64,000 bases of DNA, from assembly GCA_965230915.1 (NCBI GenBank), contig OZ246395.1, positions 140,019-204,018 of the forward strand, written 5' to 3'. The first letter of the stretch is position 1; every line of letters begins with the position of its first letter. Origin of the DNA: an uncultured Candidatus Saccharibacteria bacterium. GTDB taxonomy: Bacteria; Patescibacteriota; WWE3; 2-01-FULL-39-13. Below are positions 57,201-63,200 of the stretch, in pieces. The position numbers and the translations under genes were made by a program. The notes below the pieces were generated by a model. That model worked only from the letters and a program-made list of their open reading frames with translations. It made no database searches and was not told the origin of the DNA.

Positions 57201-60200
57201 TCAGGCGGAGTTTTATTTGGCGATGGAAGCAAGATCACAAATGATGTTTCAAACTTCTTCTTTAACTCAACAACAAAGAGATTAGCAATTGGAACATCAG
57301 CAGCAAATAGCGGTTTAACAGTAAATGGTAGCGGATCATTCGGCGCTGGTTATTCAAATATCGGAATTTCAGCTCCACTAAATGGATTATTAGTACAAGG
57401 CAATGTCGGAATTGGAACAACAAACCCAGGAACATATGCATTAAATGTTGCCGGTACAGCAAATGTAAACGCTTTATCTATCGGAAACTTATTACTAAGC
57501 GCAAATTCATCCGCTACATCGGGTGCAACTTTAGTCGGACTAAATGACAACTCATTAACATACGTATCTGGAAATACAAACGTTCAATCGGCTATCGAAC
57601 AACTTGATGCAGCAATCGCAACAGCAGCAACTGGCGACATTTCAGCAATTGGCGACGTAACAAGCGGCGCAGCATTTACATCGGGCGGAACACAGGGAAC
57701 AAGTTTATGGTTCTATGATGCAGATGGAAGAGGTCAATTAACAATCGATAACTTATCAGCTGCAAGAACCTACACATTACCAAATGCATCAGGTGAAATT
57801 TCATTACTGGGCCAAACAATCAGTAACGCAGAGTTAGTTAATTCAGATATTACATTCAATGGTGATTCGGGTTCCGCCGCTATTTCCCTGGGCGGGGATT
57901 TTGACGTGATCGGCGGACCCGGAATCAGCACTTCAATATCAGGTACAACACTAACAATTACTAATACCGATTTAGGCTCTACACAAAACATCTTCAAGAA
58001 TATAGCTGTATCTGGTCAAAATACAGTTGTTGCAGATGCTAACAACGATACAATAACCCTAGTTGCAGGATCAAATGTAACAATCACAACAAATGACACC
58101 ACAGACACAATTACAATTGCTGCTACAGATACAAATACAACTTACACAGCAGGCAACGGTTTAACATTGGCGACAACTCAATTCAAGTTAGGCGGTCAAA
58201 TAACAGAGCCAACAAGATTATTCGATGGATCTAATGAGTATTTATATATAAATCCAAACACAGGTAATTTAGGTATTGGAACAACAAATTCAGCATACAA
58301 ACTAGAAGTAAATGGAAGCTTCAACGCAGCTGGTAATTTCTATTTAGCAGGTTCTCAGGTAACTTCATCAGCTGCTGAATTAAATATCTTAGATGGTGTA
58401 ACATCAAATGCTACAGAACTTAACTACCTGGATAACTCAACAGTTGTGTCAGGCGGAATGGTATTTGGTAATGGAAGCAACTTCACACAAGATGCAGCAA
58501 ATATTTTCTACAACTCAACAACAAAGAGACTTGCAATCGGAACATCGGCAGCAAATAGTGGCTTAACCGTAAATGGTAGTGGTTCATTTGGAGCAGGTTA
58601 CTCAAATATCGGAATTTCAGCACCATTAAATGGATTACTGGTGCAAGGAAACGTCGGTATTGGAACAACCAACCCTTCGGCGACATTAGATGTAGCAGGT
58701 AATATCAAACTTGGAACAGCTGGTAATAGCGCCACAATCACTTTCCCAGTAACGACTTCTGGTTCAAGCTTCGTACCTTTGATTCAGAGTATCTACGGAT
58801 CTAACGCGCTTCGTATGAGCATGGATAGCAGTAACTATATTCAAATCCTTGGTAGTGGTGGTGGTGCAAATATTCAGAGTGGTGGAAGTAATTTTACACT
58901 TAATGGTACTGCAGCAACATTCAGCTTAAACGGTTTTGGGGAAGTCTTTAGAGCCACCAGTTCAGGAACTGTTGGTATTGGAACATCAGTACCTGGAAGT
59001 AAATTATCAGTTAGTGGCAATCAAGCAATCGGAGCTTTGTATTCAAGATATGCAGCTCCAACCGATGGATTAATCGTTCAAGGAAATGTCGGAATTGGTT
59101 ACACCGCAACAAACTATGCGTTAGGCGTAAATGGAACCGGTAACTTCTCAGATTTAGCAATTGGAGGAACATTATTCTCGGCAAATTCATCGGCAACATC
59201 TGGAGCTTCATTGGTCGGATTAAATGACGACGCAATGACATACATAAGTTCTAATACAAACGTTCAAAGCGCAATCAAACAATTAGATACAGCAATTGCA
59301 TCGGTTTCAGGTTCAGCAATAACAATCTCAGGAACCGACAACAGATTAGCAAGATTTAATGCAGCCGGTAATAACGTCGAAGATTCATCACTCAATGATT
59401 TATATACAGGCGGAGTTGCATTAACAATTGGAGCAAATGGAAATGTTGGAATCGGTTACACAGCAACCAACTATAGATTGGCAGTAGCTGGAACAGCAGC
59501 GTTACAAAACTTAGTACTTGGAGGAACACAAATCACTGCTACTGGAACAGAAATAAACAAACTATCTGGATTAACCTCATCAACAGCTGAATTAAATATT
59601 TTAACTGGTGTAACAACAAATGCTACAGAACTAAACTATCTAGACAATTCAACAGTCGTATCCGGCGGATTAGTCTTCGGAAACGGATCAAACTTTACAC
59701 AAGATACATCAGACTTATTCTGGAACAGCTCTCTAAACAGATTAGGAGTTGGAACATCAGGCCCAGAAAGCACATTAACCGTAAAAGGTGGGGCAACAAT
59801 AGGCGCAGGTTATACAGGAATTGGAATTTCGGCTCCAACAAATGGATTATTAGTACAAGGAAACGTTGGAATCGGAACAACCGCTCCAATTCAAGCTTTG
59901 GACGTGTCAGGAAGTATCAGGGCTACTGGTTCGGGTAACTTTTCTGGAACTGTAATTGCTAAAGCAGGGAGTGCATCAGATCCTGCATATCAATTCCAAG
60001 GCTTAGGTAATGTAGGCATGTATATGGTTGCCACTGGATTAGGGTTCTCATCTGCTGGTCTGGAAAGAATGCGTATAGACGTAAATGGCAACGTTGGAAT
60101 CGGAACAACTGCTCCTTCATACAAACTCGACGTAAACGGTGATGCAAGAGTAGCTTCAGGATCAGACTTCTATGTCGGTTCAATCGGCCTAAACGACACA

Positions 60201-63200
60201 GCAGGAACATCAACATCAGGTGCATCACTAGTCGGTGCATTCGACGAATTCGCATACTCATCATCAAGCAATGTTCAAGACGTGTTAGACGATTTGGATG
60301 CAGCAATCGCAACAGTATCAGGCTCAGCTTTAACAATCTCCGGAACCGACAATAGAATCGCTAGATTCAATGCTGCAGGCAACAATGTTGAAGATTCATC
60401 TCTAAACGATAACTACACAGGTGGAGTTGCATTAACAATCGACACAGAAGGCGACATCGGAATCGGAGTAACAGCTTCAATCTACAAATTAAATGTAAAC
60501 GGAAGTTTGAACACAACAGCTTTATCCCTAGGCGGGTCACAGGTAAACTCATCAGCCGCAGAAATAAATGTATTACAAGGTGTTAACACGGGAACACTAA
60601 CAGGTTCAGAACTTAACTTGGTAGATGGAGCAACCGCTACAAATGGCGGACTAGTCTTCGGAAATGGAACAAGATTTGCACAGGATGCTGCAAGTTTATT
60701 CTGGGATGATTCGAATAATAGATTAGGTATTGGGATAACCGCACCTGCTCAGGCTCTAGATGTAATGGGTTCGATCAGATCAAACGGAAGCTATTTAATC
60801 AATGGAAACTCTAATTTCATACTAAATGGAACTACTTTGAATTTGGGATCTAATGACGCTGTTATACAAGCAAAATGGGGTAGCGCAAACTTAAATATTA
60901 GGTCTGGCGATATTGGTGGATACGGAACGATCTCATTCCAGAGAACAAATGGCACTCCTATTACAACAATGTTTATAGATGCTTTAGGCAACATCGGAGT
61001 TGGTACCACAGCTCCAGAAAGCAGATTCACACTAGCAGGCAACGCATCAATCGGCTCTGGTTACACAGCAATCGGAATCTCAGCTCCAACAAATGGACTT
61101 CTAGTTCAAGGTAACGTAGGGCTAGGCTTAACAAACCCAGGCTCATTCAACTTAAACGTAAACGGAACAACAAGACTTGGTGGAGCATTAACTTTAGGAA
61201 CAGTTAACTCAACAGCAAACAATAACCAGGTATTAACAGTAAATTCTGGAGTAGTAAGTTACATCGACACAAGCACATGGGATACCGATTCATCAAACGA
61301 TTTAACAATCTCAGGTACTGATAACAGAATCGCAAGATTTAATGCAGCAGGAACAAACGTCGAAAACTCTTCAATAAATGATAACTATACTGGTGGAGTC
61401 GCATTAACAATCGATGCAGAAGGCGATGTCGGAATCGGCGTAACAGCTTCAATCTATAAATTAGCAGTCGGTGGAACCGCATCTGTATCTAGCTTGGTAC
61501 TAGGTGGAACTCAAATAACTGCAACCGGAACCGAAATTAACAAATTAAGCGGATTAACTTCATCAACATCAGAACTCAACTTACTAACAGGCGTCAACTT
61601 AACATTATCTGCTTCAGAAATAAATACATTAGACGGAATAACATCATCAACAGCTGAACTAAATTATGTAGACAACGCAACTGTAACTTCTGGTGGAATG
61701 GTATTTGGAAACGGTTCCAACTTCACTCAGGATGCTGCAAATATTTTCTATAACAGCACAACAAAGAGACTTTCAATCGGAACATCAGCAGCAAATAGCG
61801 GTTTAACAGTAAACGGATCAGGATCATTCGGCGCTGGTTATTCAAATATCGGAATTTCAGCTCCATTAAATGGCTTACTAGTGCAAGGAAACGTTGGAAT
61901 CGGAAACACAAACCCAGGCGGTTATGCACTGGCAGTCGGCGGAACAGCAAATGTTTCTAACTTATCTATCGGCGGATTATTATTAAATACAAATTCATCT
62001 GCCACATCTGGCGGAACATTAGTCGGAATCAACGATAATAGCTTGACCTATATCTCAGGTAACACTAATGCTCAGTCAGCAATCGAACAATTAGATGCAG
62101 CAATAGTAAGCGTTGCAAGCGGAGCATCAGGACTTTGGACCGATGCTGGTACAACAACTTACTTAACAACATTAACCGACAACGTCGGAATTGGAGTAAC
62201 AGCTACAAACTACAAGTTAGCAGTAAGTGGAACAGCAGCTGTAAGCAACCTGGTACTTGGTGGAACTCAAATCACTGCAACTGGAACTGAAATCAATTTA
62301 TTAAGCGGATTAACAGCTACATCGTCAGAATTAAATATCTTAGATGGTGCAACACTAAATACAACCGAGCTTAACTACCTAGATAACTCAACAGTAGTAT
62401 CAGGCGGAATGGTGTTCGGAAACGGTACAAACTTTACACAAGACACTGCAAATATCTTCTGGAATTCAACAACAAAGAGATTCGGTATCGGGACAAGTGC
62501 TCCAAGAAGCGCATTAACAGTATCGGGTAATGGTTCGTTCGGAGCAGGTTACGCAGCAATTGGAATCTCAGCTCCACTAAATGGCTTACTAGTCGAAGGC
62601 AATACTGGCATCGGAGTAACGGCAACTATCTATAAATTAGAAGTGGGTGGAACAGCCGCTGTTAAGAACTTAGTACTTGGTGGAACTCAAATCACATCAA
62701 GCGCTACAGAATTAAACAAACTAACAGGTGCAACATTATCTACAGCCGAACTTAACTACTTAACCGGAACAACAGTTACAAATGGTGGAGTTCTTTATGG
62801 CGACGGATCAAAGATCACAAACGATGTTTCTAACTTCTTCTTTAACAGCACATCAAAGAGATTGTCTATTGGTACTTCCGCAGCTAATAGCGGCTTAACA
62901 GTAAATGGTTCGGGATCATTTGGTGCAGGTTATTCAAATGCTGGAATTTCAGCTCCATTAAATGGATTAATCGTACAGGGTAATACAGGTATCGGATCAT
63001 CTGCTCCATCAGCATTATTATCGGTAGGCGCTTCAAATCAATTCTTGGTTAACTCATCAGGAAACATTGATAGAATCGGCGGAGTTAATCATACAATCAG
63101 CAACAATGGTGGAAACTTATTATTAACCGGAAATGGTGAACTTCAATTTGACGATTCGACATTGGCATCAGCAGTTCAATTAACTGATTTAGATAACTCA

